This document shows, piece after piece, positions 8,846-19,471 of a stretch of DNA of 64,000 nucleotides. Position 1 is the first letter of the stretch. Each line of letters opens with the position of its first letter. The DNA is from a virus. The notes under the pieces were generated by a model. That model saw only the letters and a list, made by a program, of their open reading frames with translations. It was not told the origin of the DNA and searched no databases. Location of the stretch: positions 1-64,000 of IMG/VR virus record IMGVR_UViG_3300042198_000079; one strand, given 5' to 3'. Both the position numbers and the translations under genes were made by a program.

Positions 8846-9499
8846 ATGTCTCAAGCTAATTGCATTAAAGATCATTGTTGTTGGGAAGATCAAATATTAG
8901 AAGATACTCCTTTAGAAGAATATTGTGATCCGAAAACTGGTCAAATAAATTATCCAGAATTAGAATTGGATTTTCCAGATTCTCATTTAAACACTGCTCG
9001 CAATAACATATTTTTATTTTTAATTCATACGCCCAGATGTTTAAAAGATAGATTTAAAGTAGAAAGATTTTTAATAGGATTGCAAAAAGTAAATATACCT
9101 CAAATTGCAATTCCTTCTGTTATTAAACCTTATGTAGGATCAAATTTTAAATTCTCCACTCATGGTAGAGAAGCATTTCAGGCAATAACAACTACTTTCA
9201 AAATAGACACGAAATGGAAAAGATATAAATTTATGTATGATTGGCTAAATGCTTTTTCTGATCCTGAAAAAGGATTTATACAAACAGAAACAAATATTTC
9301 ATTATATACAAAAATGGAACTAATTCATTTTAATGAAAAACAAGAACCGTCTGCAAAATGGACATATGAATTGGGATTTCCTACTAGTTTAAGTCAAATA
9401 GAAATGGATTCTACTGTATCGGAACCGAGTGAAATAATTTGTACTGCAACTTTTGATTTTTCATTATTACGGTTTGAACAATTAGATCCTAAATATTAA
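8846..9499 (+). CDS. Tail tube-fold protein (T4 gp3/gp19 family)
   Basis: LQKVNIPQI...F..ITTTFKID...Y.FMYDWL...FPTSLSQIE...CTATFDF pattern. Confidence 0.7.
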   Translation: MSQANCIKDHCCWEDQILEDTPLEEYCDPKTGQINYPELELDFPDSHLNTARNNIFLFLIHTPRCLKDRFKVERFLIGLQKVNIPQIAIPSVIKPYVGSNFKFSTHGREAFQAITTTFKIDTKWKRYKFMYDWLNAFSDPEKGFIQTETNISLYTKMELIHFNEKQEPSAKWTYELGFPTSLSQIEMDSTVSEPSEIICTATFDFSLLRFEQLDPKY

Positions 9500-9513
9500 C
9501 ATAATAATATTTT

Positions 9514-9924
9514 ATGACGGAAGTTCAAAAACAAAATAGAGATCGTTATATTTTTTTACTAGAAAGATTAAATATAATTTTTGAAAGTGATCCTGAATTT
9601 GTTAAATTTAGAATTACGGATTTTAATGATTATAGACAAATAAAAAATGCAATACCATTATATTCTAAGAAATTAATGGAACTATCTTTATATTATAGAA
9701 AGCAAAGAGAATATATAAAATCTGCTACATATAGAAATAGTTTATATGGATCTAAATTATATACTTCGCATATGTTATATAATTATTTCAAAGAAATTAC
9801 TCAATTGGACGATACGCAAAATTTAATTTTGAAAAAGTGTTTAAACGAAATAAAACAAAATTCTAATATAGAAGATCCTAATTTTTGGACTCCAGAATTA
9901 GAAGATGAATATTATATAATGTAA
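9514..9924 (+). CDS. Hypothetical protein
   Basis: 136-aa ORF following the tube-fold gene. Confidence 0.65.
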   Translation: MTEVQKQNRDRYIFLLERLNIIFESDPEFVKFRITDFNDYRQIKNAIPLYSKKLMELSLYYRKQREYIKSATYRNSLYGSKLYTSHMLYNYFKEITQLDDTQNLILKKCLNEIKQNSNIEDPNFWTPELEDEYYIM

Positions 9925-10221
9925 TTATTTTTTTTCTACAAAATCTGAAATATAATCAAATGTCCATTTGACTAATAAACAAAATCCGCCACCTGCAAGC
10001 GGCATTAATAATATTATAGAAAATTTATAATAAAGTATTGTTAATAATAAACTAGTCCAAAATCCTAAACACAGTGGGCATTCAAACATATCTTTGAAAA
10101 ACTCGGAATTTTTGATTAATTTTTCTCTAAAATATTTTATAATTGGCATTTTTCCATATGCAATTCCTATTTGAAATCCAAAACATGCCAATAAAAAAAT
10201 TATAATATGTGCTGTGGTCAT
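9925..10221 (-). CDS. Small membrane protein, DUF1360-like
   Basis: Hydrophobic helices around CPLCLGFW; TAAATA-N7-ATG. Confidence 0.65.
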   Translation of the reverse strand: MTTAHIIIFLLACFGFQIGIAYGKMPIIKYFREKLIKNSEFFKDMFECPLCLGFWTSLLLTILYYKFSIILLMPLAGGGFCLLVKWTFDYISDFVEKK

Positions 10222-10291
10222 ATACGTATATTTATTGCAAATTTGTTTTATATTCTATAAATATTATTGTTATAACATAACACATAACTAT

Positions 10292-11035
10292 ATGAAATCT
10301 AAAAAAACTCATAATGCCAATGATGAAATGACCAGAGGCGAAATCATCAGAGGACTAGAAGAAACTTCAAAAAGAAAATTTCAATTTAAACCAAGATCAT
10401 ATGAGTTTACACAAAAACAAAAAGATCTTATTACAAAAATATTAGATCCAAGAGTAAAGGTAATATTTATCGAAGGTGTTGCAGGAACAAGCAAAACTTT
10501 ACTTGCCATATACGGATCTTTAAAATTACTAAAAGAAAATTTAACCTATAATAAAATTCTTTATATTAGAAGTGCCGTTGAATCTTCGCATTCTAAGCTA
10601 GGGGCACTTCCGGGAGGGGTTGATGAAAAAATATACAATTTCATGACACCATTAATGCAAAAAGCAGATGAATTGTTAGAAACAGAAGATATTGCTTATT
10701 TAACAAATAACAAAATGTTGGAATCTACATGTATCAACTTTTTAAGAGGTGCATCTTGGAGAGATCAAATCGTAGTAATTGATGAGGCTCAAAATATGAA
10801 TTTGAAAGAACTCCAGACGGTAATGACACGTATAGGTGAAAACACCAAATTAATAATTTGTGGGGACACTAAACAATCAGATATTAAAGATTCTGGATTG
10901 CATTATGTGGTTGTTGCTTTTTCTGATGAAGAAAGCGTATCGCACGGAATCGAAAGTTTCAAATTTTCCATAAATGACATTGTTAGAAGCGAAATATGTA
11001 AATTTATAGTTAAGAAATTTGAAGACATAAAATAA
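10292..11035 (+). CDS. phoH: PhoH-like ATPase
   Basis: GVAGTSKT P-loop, LGALPG, FLRGASW, IDEAQN, TRIGEN, CGD.KQ.D and DIVRS motifs; start reassigned to MKSKK. Confidence 0.92.
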   Translation: MKSKKTHNANDEMTRGEIIRGLEETSKRKFQFKPRSYEFTQKQKDLITKILDPRVKVIFIEGVAGTSKTLLAIYGSLKLLKENLTYNKILYIRSAVESSHSKLGALPGGVDEKIYNFMTPLMQKADELLETEDIAYLTNNKMLESTCINFLRGASWRDQIVVIDEAQNMNLKELQTVMTRIGENTKLIICGDTKQSDIKDSGLHYVVVAFSDEESVSHGIESFKFSINDIVRSEICKFIVKKFEDIK

Positions 11036-11039
11036 TATA

Positions 11040-11622
11040 TTAATTTTTTAGAAAATATTCTGCAAACGTATATTTTACTATTTTATTTTTATTTTTACAA
11101 TTTACAATTTTACAATTTAAATCTTCTAATTTGATTAAAATAGCAAATTCGTTTTTGCTATTTTTAATTTTTTTTTATATATTGAAAATAATTATCGCTT
11201 TTTTTATGCGAAAGTAATTCTACAATATCAATTATCACAGAAGAGAAATTTTTATTTTTTTATTCTTTTTTTGTGATATTAGTATTTTCTAAAATATCGT
11301 GCAAATAGGATGCTGCCACAATTTCATCTATTTGACTTCTTGTTAAAGTTTTTTCACCATTGTATGGTTTGGAATAAAATTTGTTTAATTTTGCAAGAAC
11401 AAAATTAGAAACACAAATTACGTGTTTTAATTTTTTCTGTTCGTGTTTTTTCTTACAAAGTTTGAACGCTTTTTGTGTTATTATTAAGTCATCCATAGTA
11501 AAATTATTTATAATAATAAAAAAAGAAGAAATATGGTTAATTTCTTCTTTTTCATTAACTAATTTAAGTTTTTTTCTATTCTTCTTTGATAAAAAATTCA
11601 GGATCGTTTCTTTCCATGTCAA
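11040..11622 (-). pseudogene. Disrupted HD-domain (RelA/SpoT hydrolase-like) gene
   Basis: AASYLHDILENT, then TAA at 11262-11260; reading continues in frame as KNFSSVIIDIVELLSHKKSDNYFQYIKK, then after a shift in an A9 run as IKNSKNEFAILIKLEDL...YFLKN*. Confidence 0.65.
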
Positions 11623-11878
11623 TTAAAATTTCACTGGCAATAACACTATGTGAATACAACCATTCGTCATTCATTTTCATCAGTATTGTTCCAGTTGAAC
11701 TTTTCCAACCAAAATATTCTTCCGAACTAATAGGAGAGGAGTTTTTAACATTAGAAGCAACTGCCATTACGCACATTTTGCCACCTGTGTCATACCACTT
11801 ATTTCTTGCTTCATTTCCAGAGTTTTTGAACAGAGCATCAACAAGTTCAAGATTTCTCTTTTTGTAAATTTCTTTCAT
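11576..11878 (-). CDS. Hypothetical protein
   Basis: 100-aa ORF in a co-oriented early cluster. Confidence 0.65.
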   Translation of the reverse strand: MKEIYKKRNLELVDALFKNSGNEARNKWYDTGGKMCVMAVASNVKNSSPISSEEYFGWKSSTGTILMKMNDEWLYSHSVIASEILIDMERNDPEFFIKEE

Positions 11879-11886
11879 AGTATGAA

Positions 11887-12213
11887 TTAATTAAAGTCGT
11901 AAGATGTTTTATAGTAACGGTTACACCGATAAATGAAATCGTCCTTGATGAGATTTTTAATAGTTTTTGGAGTATTTTTACTTTCCATGATTTTTGCAGG
12001 ATTTTGCAAAGTTTCCAAAATTCTATTTTTGGCATATGCCAAATCAAATGTATCTCCTGATTTTACATTTACTAGGCAATATCCAATATAAAGATTGCCA
12101 TCAATTTTAACTGCTCCAACCATCCCTACTTTTTTCCTATCCAAGGAAAGTGTTCCTTTCTTAGTAAGGTTATAATAGTCTTTTCGGAGGTATTGTGAGA
12201 TGATTTTATTCAT
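11887..12213 (-). CDS. Hypothetical protein (start reassigned to MNKII)
   Basis: IGYCLVNVKSGDTFD block; promoter ends 6 nt before this ATG. Confidence 0.7.
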   Translation of the reverse strand: MNKIISQYLRKDYYNLTKKGTLSLDRKKVGMVGAVKIDGNLYIGYCLVNVKSGDTFDLAYAKNRILETLQNPAKIMESKNTPKTIKNLIKDDFIYRCNRYYKTSYDFN

Positions 12214-12219
12214 ATAATC

Positions 12220-12247
12220 ATCATACAACAAAAAATAGGTTTGTCAA
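12220..12247 (-). promoter_or_regulatory. Early promoter TTGACA-N16-TATGAT-N6-ATG
   Basis: Read directly on the minus strand. Confidence 0.75.
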
Positions 12248-12250
12248 GAT

Positions 12251-12754
12251 TTATTTTTGATCTTCTAAAAATTTCTTAATAACATTTTCCAATTCACCAA
12301 CACGTTCTCTTAATAAAAAAACTTCTTTTTCTAATTCTTCTATTCTTTTGCTTTTTTCCCCGTTAATTCTTATTAATTCTGATTCCCGTGCTATTAATAC
12401 TTTTTCTCTTTCTTCCATTTGACCATTTTTATTTTTTAAAATAGCAATAGATTCTGCTTGATCTTTCATAGTTTGTAAAGATGATTTTAACATTTCGTTG
12501 GAATTTGTTATTCTTCCTTCTAAATCTGATATTTTTAATTCCATACCTTGAGTATCTCTTTCTATAGTCATAATTAAAACTGGTTGTATAATTGTAAAAA
12601 GACCTATAAAAAGAGTTATAAAAACAAAACCAGTAAAAGCAATACTTGCCACCCAAGATGGTATCTTTTGAAGAATTTCAGAATTTGAAAAGAAATCAAA
12701 AAAGTTTTTATTATTTTTAGAAGTTGTTTTAGTTTCAATTTCTTTTTTATTCAT
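12251..12754 (-). CDS. Membrane-anchored coiled-coil protein
   Basis: One TM helix followed by a long heptad region; TAAATA-N6-ATG. Confidence 0.7.
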   Translation of the reverse strand: MNKKEIETKTTSKNNKNFFDFFSNSEILQKIPSWVASIAFTGFVFITLFIGLFTIIQPVLIMTIERDTQGMELKISDLEGRITNSNEMLKSSLQTMKDQAESIAILKNKNGQMEEREKVLIARESELIRINGEKSKRIEELEKEVFLLRERVGELENVIKKFLEDQK

Positions 12755-12825
12755 ATATAATATTTAATAAAATAACACTATTAAATATTACATTTTGTTT
12801 TATATTTAATATAAAACAAAATGCA

Positions 12826-13743
12826 TCAAGAATCTGACAAATCTTCGACTAGTTTTGATAATTTTTTATTCAATTCTTCTATTTTACGTAATATTTTTCT
12901 TTTACGTTTTAACTTTTGCGTTTCTTTTATTTCTTTATATCCGGGGAGTTTGAACATAGTAATAATTATCCTTTTTAAGAAAAATACTTTTTTTATTTTA
13001 TTTAACTTTTCTATATTTATACTTGGTCCAAAAATTGGCGTTTTTCTTCCCTTCCAATTTGTTCCCATATTTTCAGAAGATGTTTCTGAACTATCCAAAT
13101 GTATAACTATTATTTCTGGTAAAAATTCTCTTTGAGATCTTGTGAATTTTTTAGCATGTAAAACATCTGTTCTGTCACACGATCCGTGTTCAGTTGGATA
13201 TTCCATAACGCCAGAAGTTTTTGGATTCCACAATTGCCAAAATCCTATTGGTTCCCACCCACCTTTTTTGTGATGGTATTCTGCTAATCTAACTCCAATT
13301 GGAAATTGATTTGTGTGTATATAAACCCAACCTTCCTGTATTGGTTGGGGATTAGAAATATAATTCATCCATTTTTCATACGAATTACACATATATCTAT
13401 CACATCCATAAATTTTATTTTCGTCTAAAGGGAGATTTTCTAAAATATTTCTTGTTAATGGGGGCAACCAAATATCTGCATCCATATGCAAAACCCATCC
13501 TTTTTTGCTTAAATGTTTCAATCCTTCGTTTATTGCTGCTCCTTTATTAAAAGGATTTTTATCTTTATAAAAAACATCAGTTTGTATACACTTTACATTA
13601 TAAAATTCGCAAAGTTTTTTAGTTTTTAAATCCTCTTTGTCGGTTACGACTACCATGTTATCAAACATCGATCTATTCATTGGCAACGTGTGCGCCAAAA
13701 AGTCACTATAATTCACACAAACAACTACTGCTTCAAGATACAT
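12826..13743 (-). CDS. Glycosyltransferase family 2-like protein
   Basis: VVVCVNYSDFLAHTL, FNKGAAINEGL and HMDAD (DxD) motifs. Confidence 0.8.
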   Translation of the reverse strand: MYLEAVVVCVNYSDFLAHTLPMNRSMFDNMVVVTDKEDLKTKKLCEFYNVKCIQTDVFYKDKNPFNKGAAINEGLKHLSKKGWVLHMDADIWLPPLTRNILENLPLDENKIYGCDRYMCNSYEKWMNYISNPQPIQEGWVYIHTNQFPIGVRLAEYHHKKGGWEPIGFWQLWNPKTSGVMEYPTEHGSCDRTDVLHAKKFTRSQREFLPEIIVIHLDSSETSSENMGTNWKGRKTPIFGPSINIEKLNKIKKVFFLKRIIITMFKLPGYKEIKETQKLKRKRKILRKIEELNKKLSKLVEDLSDS

Positions 13744-13816
13744 ATTCCGCTAAATTTATTTATACTTTCTGTAAAAAATAAAACATTATATTTTATACAA
13801 ACTATAAATAAAATTA

Positions 13817-15901
13817 ATGTCAGATAATTTTGAAGAATGGTTGAATGAAATTTCTTCAGTGCCTAAAGAAATATCTCCTTTAGAAGAAGAATCTTTTTCG
13901 ATTGAACAAAATATACCAAAACCAACTAGTTCCCCAGTTGAAAAACCAATTAGAGGAATAGTAGAATGGGATAAGATAAAAAATAAACCATCAACATTTA
14001 ATCCTTCAAGCCATAATCATGACGGGATATATGCACCTATATCTCACATGCATCCAATATCTAGTATAATAAATTTACAATCAACATTGAGCAGTTTACA
14101 ACTTTCAGGTGACTATGCACCTATAGTTCATACACACGATATTAGTAGTATTACCAATCTTCAAACTACTTTAGATGGAAAAGCTGCATCGTCACATACA
14201 CACGATATTAGTAGTATTACCAATCTTCAAACTACTTTAGATGGAAAAGCTGCATCGTCACATACACACGATATTAGTAGTATTACCAATCTTCAAACCG
14301 AATTAAATAATAGATCATTAACTTCACATAATCATGATAGTTTATATGCTCAATTAGTTCATACACACAATATTAGTAGTATTACTAATCTTCAAACTGA
14401 ATTAAACAATAGATCATTAACGAGTCATAATCACGATAGTTTATATGCTTCGATAGTTCATACTCATAATATTAGTAGTATTGCTAATCTTCAAACCGAA
14501 TTAGATGGAAAAGCAGCATCGTCGCATACTCATGGTAATATAACATCTTCTGGAACTATTGGAAATACTTCCGGTTTACCGATAAAAACCGGAGCATCTG
14601 GTATACTTGAAACTGGTGCGTTTGGCACGGCAGTAGGACAGTTTGCGGAAGGCAACCACAAGCATTTTCTGAACGACAGTATGCCATATTTGAATGTGCA
14701 AGGTTATGAGTTGCCATACCGCTATTCTCAGCAGGATTGGTATTTAGAATTAAACAACTATGAAAGCATTCGAGTTTACAAAGATGGCGCATGGAAACTC
14801 AATTTTTCGAACAATGATCCAGAAAATTCAGAAAACGTCACGATCACTGGTGGATATGATCTTTATCCGTGGAGCCAACCTACTAATTTCCGCAATGCAG
14901 GATGGACAGTAAAACCGAGGTTATTCGGTGTACTAATAGACCAACTTGACCCCGGAACAAACAACACAGACTTAGACGCTACTACGTCTTATCACGGTCT
15001 GCTTCCCAAACTCGGCGGCGGCACGACCAATTTTCTCCGGGCCGATGGGACATGGGCCGCGCCTCCCGGTACAGCGTCAACAGTAGACATTCGCCTTTAC
15101 ACCGTCAACGACACTTGGACTAATCCATCGCCAAGCTCCGCAAAGCGGGTGTTCGTCCGGTTGGTTGGAGGCGGCGGTGGCGGTGGCAGTGGACGCAAGG
15201 GTGCTACTAGCACTGTTCGGTGTGGCGGCGGTGGCGGCGCGGGTGGGTGCGTTGTCGAGTTTTGGACGCTTACTACTGATTTGGGTTCAACGGAATCTGT
15301 AACTATTGGATCTGGAGGGTCTGGGGGGGCGACGCAGGCGACTAATAGCACTAACGGAAATGCCGGAACCGCCGGAGGAGAGACTACATTTGGTGGAGGG
15401 ATAGCTTCGGGCGGAAACGGAGGAGGAGCTGGGACAAGCAGTAGCGGCACTGCCGGAGGTGGAACTAGCAGTGGTAATTTGTTTGGTGGCACTACGTCCA
15501 ATGGCTCTAGTGGCGGCGCAGCAAGCGCGGCTGGAGGCACTGGGGCAGGGGGAACTGGAACGGCTGGGTCGCTACCGAGCGGTGGCGGCGCGGGTGGAGG
15601 CATTACAAGCGCGAATGTTTCTTCAACTGGAGGCTTAGGGGGCACGGTGGGGTCTAACACTATTGGCACGATTTCTGGCGGAGCAGCCGGAGCAGTGGCA
15701 GGGAACGGAGGCGCAGGGAATTCGGGGCGAGGGGTGGGGACTGGCGGTGGCGGTGGCGGTGGGAACGGAGGCGTAGGAGGGAACGGTGGTGGATTCGGAG
15801 CCGGAGGTGGCGGAGGTGGCGGAATAACAAATGACACTGGTATTACCAACGCAGGCGGCAATGGTTCGCCCGGGTATGCACTTATTATAACTTATCTATA
15901 A
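13817..15901 (+). CDS. Tail fibre protein with His-repeat shaft and Gly-rich tip
   Basis: W..I.NKP..F.PS.H.H, repeated HTHDISSITNLQT, FLRADGTWA, Gly-rich domain ending G.PGYALIITY. Confidence 0.85.
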   Translation: MSDNFEEWLNEISSVPKEISPLEEESFSIEQNIPKPTSSPVEKPIRGIVEWDKIKNKPSTFNPSSHNHDGIYAPISHMHPISSIINLQSTLSSLQLSGDYAPIVHTHDISSITNLQTTLDGKAASSHTHDISSITNLQTTLDGKAASSHTHDISSITNLQTELNNRSLTSHNHDSLYAQLVHTHNISSITNLQTELNNRSLTSHNHDSLYASIVHTHNISSIANLQTELDGKAASSHTHGNITSSGTIGNTSGLPIKTGASGILETGAFGTAVGQFAEGNHKHFLNDSMPYLNVQGYELPYRYSQQDWYLELNNYESIRVYKDGAWKLNFSNNDPENSENVTITGGYDLYPWSQPTNFRNAGWTVKPRLFGVLIDQLDPGTNNTDLDATTSYHGLLPKLGGGTTNFLRADGTWAAPPGTASTVDIRLYTVNDTWTNPSPSSAKRVFVRLVGGGGGGGSGRKGATSTVRCGGGGGAGGCVVEFWTLTTDLGSTESVTIGSGGSGGATQATNSTNGNAGTAGGETTFGGGIASGGNGGGAGTSSSGTAGGGTSSGNLFGGTTSNGSSGGAASAAGGTGAGGTGTAGSLPSGGGAGGGITSANVSSTGGLGGTVGSNTIGTISGGAAGAVAGNGGAGNSGRGVGTGGGGGGGNGGVGGNGGGFGAGGGGGGGITNDTGITNAGGNGSPGYALIITYL
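14129..14533 (+). repeat. 66-bp and 99-bp tandem repeats in the fibre shaft
   Basis: Units start at 14129, 14195, 14261, 14360 and 14459; the first two 66-mers are identical. Confidence 0.9.
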
Positions 15902-15907
15902 AATAAA

Positions 15908-16324
15908 ATGAAAAGGATAGCACATATTCAAAACGAAAAAATAATAAACGTAAGTGTAGGAAAAGACGATTGGATTGCTCCTGAAGATGGAAGTATGATG
16001 TTAGAATCAGATGCACTTTCTTTAGGATATACTTATTTTTCAAAAAATATTATTAATTACGATAATGCTCCTTCTTGGAAAGTAAAAATATGGTTGCTGA
16101 GAAACGGAATAACTTCTCAAGACATTTCAAATACTATTGTTCAAATTTATGAAAATATGTATGGCGAAAATCTCACAAGTCAACAAGAATTGGAAAAACA
16201 AGAAGCTCTTTTACGATGGGAAAATGTTACAGAAATACCATTTGATCATCCATTGGTAGGTTTAATAGCAAATCAATTAAATATAAATTTGGAAAATGTA
16301 TGGAATGATATTCACAGCATTTAA
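15908..16324 (+). CDS. Probable tail-fibre chaperone or accessory protein
   Basis: Directly after the fibre; A.I.N..IINV N-terminus and WE....I..DHPLV motif. Confidence 0.55.
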   Translation: MKRIAHIQNEKIINVSVGKDDWIAPEDGSMMLESDALSLGYTYFSKNIINYDNAPSWKVKIWLLRNGITSQDISNTIVQIYENMYGENLTSQQELEKQEALLRWENVTEIPFDHPLVGLIANQLNINLENVWNDIHSI

Positions 16325-16332
16325 ATATATTA

Positions 16333-18978
16333 ATGGAAGAATTTGAAATTGAAGATCCGGCAGATATTAATTTTTCATTAAATGAAAAATATCTAGGAGC
16401 AGATTTATACAGAGTAATATATCCAGAAGTATCTTCTAATATCACAACTTATAAAATAAATTTATCAGAAGGATATAATTTTTTTCACTTGTTATCTGGT
16501 GAAGTTTTTGCTGATGCTTTAGATACGAATTATTCTATTGATTTGAATCAATCAAAAGAATTACTTTTATCAGCAACAGCAGGAAGTTCTATTGATGTTT
16601 CAGATGTAATTTGGCAACGTCAAGGATATAAATTAGAAGGAGCATGGTTAAAATCGTTTAATAATGAACCACGGGATGTAAAAATGCTTTCCCGAATAAT
16701 TCCGGGACAAACTACTTTTAGATTTCCGTTTCCCGGAAAAGGTCTTTCTAGTATTGATTTGGGGTGGACTGGACATTCTTTGGAAAATGTTTCTAAAGAT
16801 GTTTGGTATACTGAAAATACACAAAATTTAAGAGAAGAATTAACAAAATTATATTGGAACAATTTTCCTTTAAATTCTAGTTGTGATTCGATTGATATTC
16901 ACCAAACAAAATTAATTGATAGTGGAGCAATAGCATCAAAGCACAGCAAAGATGCAGACAGAATTTACTATAGACCAACTGTTCGGGACGGAAACCCCGA
17001 TGGAATATACAATGGAGAACAACAAACTAGCTTTTTATATGATTTTGATTTAACGCAAATTCCAGTATCAGAAGGTGAAAATAAAATTTATTTTCCAATA
17101 TCAAGAATAAGTCAAGAAGCAAGCGACAATGTAACAAAACCAAATTTCCAAATGAACATTGATCAGTGTTCTCCAATTAAATTATCCGAAATAAATGTAG
17201 CAATGGACATGGCAGGAGCAGTTGCTAGTTTAGATATTACAAAAGCAGATATGATTTTCAAAAAAAGCGGATTTTGTGGATCGGTAAATGAAGCTGCATG
17301 GTTATCTGGAAGTCCAATTAGTGTTGGTGTTTGTTCTAATAATAGTTCGCATCAATCTTCTCTTTATTCTGTTTTTACACCGGGACTTGAAACTAGATTT
17401 GTGTTTCATATGACTGGAGGTGATGGTTTGACTTTAAATAAAGTTTTTTATGGTTTAGATCATGATCCTTGGTGCCCTTATTTAAAATTAGAACACATCG
17501 ATTATTTAAAAAATAGCGATAGAACAAAAAATCTTGATTATGATCAAGCAAAAAAATGTAAATGTAAAGCAACTTGGTTTTCCCCTTGTGGACATTCTGA
17601 AAGTTTTATAAAATTTTGGAAATTTACAGACATAATTTACTTAGATCCATTGAGCGGATTTAATGAAGTTAGAAGTTTTTCTCCAGAATCATGGAGAGAT
17701 AGAAATGGCAAACCTTGGAATGATTCCGATCAAATAGCATATTTTGAATATAGTGGAATCGAACCAACAATTGGATGGGGAAGAGGTAATTGGAGAACTG
17801 GAAACGGAGATGTGTTTTATTTAAAAGAAGGAGAAGTTTATGTATATAGAAGAACTGATATAAATTCATGTGGAACTACTCCTCCATTAATATTGAATAG
17901 ATCTGTGGAAGATTCTGTTTGCGGTTATGTTAATAGAAATACTCCAATATGGGCAAAAGCAATATATGTTGATGGACAGTTTATAGATGCAGGTGTTCCT
18001 TCTGATATGATATTAAGATCGACAGATTATATTGTTTATAACCACAAGCCAGAATATGAATTTACATGTACTAAATTGTCAAGTAGAAATGTTACATCTT
18101 TTAATGTTTCTTCGACAAGTTCTGTTGAACTTGTTCCTATTTCTTCTTTAGGAGGAATCGGCAGTCAATTAGTTTCAAATATTTTAATAAAAGAAACAGA
18201 ATATTCTTCTGTTTCTGTAGAGTCAGATGTAATAAGTTCATTCATATATCATAAAGCACCCAGCTTTTTATGGTCAACTGATTTAACAAATTATAATCCT
18301 AGACCATATTGGGCACTAGATCCAATAGAATATTGCATGGACGGTCAAACTTCCATCAATGAATATGACGAATATATAGTTTCTACATTACCAGTTCCAA
18401 GTAATCTTGTTTTAGAATATGATTCATATTTTTCTTATCAATATCAGGGAAATGTTCCATTTGTTTGGAATGAAGATATAAAAATGAGAATAAATGAAAA
18501 TAAACCCCCGGTTTGGATGAAAATTGATATTTCGGATTATTCTATGAATACATGGGAAAACACAACAAATCAAAAATCCGAATTAAAACACCCTAGTGTT
18601 TGGAGTCCTCCATCAGAAAATAAATTTATAATGTTTTCTGCAACAACAGCATCTTCTGATATGGTATTGGAAAGTCGCCACAATTGCGGATTTTGGTCAG
18701 AAGTTGTTTATTGTGCAAAAAAACCTTTTACATGGACAGTTGTATTAACATCAGAATCTGCATTACAGAAAAACACTCCAATTTTAGATTTATATGTTAA
18801 ACCAAACTATCCTTGGAGAAATGCAAAAAATATTTATGAAGCAAAATTCAAAATAATGAGCAAAAATCAAAAAACAAAAACAAAAAAATCTTTAGGAGTG
18901 TTAACGCCAGAAAGAACAACCCAAGATATTTTAAGAGGAAAGGATATAACTATTGAATATGTCGGAAATAATACCTGA
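16333..18978 (+). CDS. Large Cys/Trp-rich virion structural protein
   Basis: 881 aa; TAAATA-N5-ATG; in the tail gene block. Confidence 0.7.
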   Translation: MEEFEIEDPADINFSLNEKYLGADLYRVIYPEVSSNITTYKINLSEGYNFFHLLSGEVFADALDTNYSIDLNQSKELLLSATAGSSIDVSDVIWQRQGYKLEGAWLKSFNNEPRDVKMLSRIIPGQTTFRFPFPGKGLSSIDLGWTGHSLENVSKDVWYTENTQNLREELTKLYWNNFPLNSSCDSIDIHQTKLIDSGAIASKHSKDADRIYYRPTVRDGNPDGIYNGEQQTSFLYDFDLTQIPVSEGENKIYFPISRISQEASDNVTKPNFQMNIDQCSPIKLSEINVAMDMAGAVASLDITKADMIFKKSGFCGSVNEAAWLSGSPISVGVCSNNSSHQSSLYSVFTPGLETRFVFHMTGGDGLTLNKVFYGLDHDPWCPYLKLEHIDYLKNSDRTKNLDYDQAKKCKCKATWFSPCGHSESFIKFWKFTDIIYLDPLSGFNEVRSFSPESWRDRNGKPWNDSDQIAYFEYSGIEPTIGWGRGNWRTGNGDVFYLKEGEVYVYRRTDINSCGTTPPLILNRSVEDSVCGYVNRNTPIWAKAIYVDGQFIDAGVPSDMILRSTDYIVYNHKPEYEFTCTKLSSRNVTSFNVSSTSSVELVPISSLGGIGSQLVSNILIKETEYSSVSVESDVISSFIYHKAPSFLWSTDLTNYNPRPYWALDPIEYCMDGQTSINEYDEYIVSTLPVPSNLVLEYDSYFSYQYQGNVPFVWNEDIKMRINENKPPVWMKIDISDYSMNTWENTTNQKSELKHPSVWSPPSENKFIMFSATTASSDMVLESRHNCGFWSEVVYCAKKPFTWTVVLTSESALQKNTPILDLYVKPNYPWRNAKNIYEAKFKIMSKNQKTKTKKSLGVLTPERTTQDILRGKDITIEYVGNNT

Positions 18979-19462
18979 TCCAAAATTATACACTTCTGAT
19001 AATTATAAAGTTGTCAATTTTTATCCTAGTTATTGGCAAGGAATAAACGGAGAAGTAATTTATTCAGAATCTAGGTTTATCCCATATTCATCAAAATATA
19101 AAGAATTCCCTTTTAATCCCGATTGTCTTAATAATACCAATCTCCCAACAGGAACACTGGAAAAAGTTATTAGCGATATAGACGGAAACATATGGAATTG
19201 TTATAAAAACGGAAATTATAAAAATCTTTGGTTGCAAAAAATAAATTCTACTAGTTTATCGTCTGTTTCTGGAAATTTTGAAGGTGAATTTTATATTTCT
19301 TCCGGTAAACATATTTGTTTTATAAACAATTATTCCGTTTCTGCTCTCACATACAAGAGAAATTCTTTGTTTTTAAACAAAACTTTAGAAATTTCCGCAT
19401 TTCAATACTCTAATGATGTTTTGACTTGTTTAGACAAAAACAACGAAATTATAACAATATAA
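18959..19462 (+). CDS. Hypothetical structural protein
   Basis: Overlaps the preceding stop; DIDGN motif. Confidence 0.65.
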   Translation: MSEIIPDPKLYTSDNYKVVNFYPSYWQGINGEVIYSESRFIPYSSKYKEFPFNPDCLNNTNLPTGTLEKVISDIDGNIWNCYKNGNYKNLWLQKINSTSLSSVSGNFEGEFYISSGKHICFINNYSVSALTYKRNSLFLNKTLEISAFQYSNDVLTCLDKNNEIITI

Positions 19463-19471
19463 ATAATTTAA

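Noticed and set aside
15097-15861. 254-aa Pro-rich minus-strand ORF
   Set aside because: Antisense of the Gly-rich fibre tip
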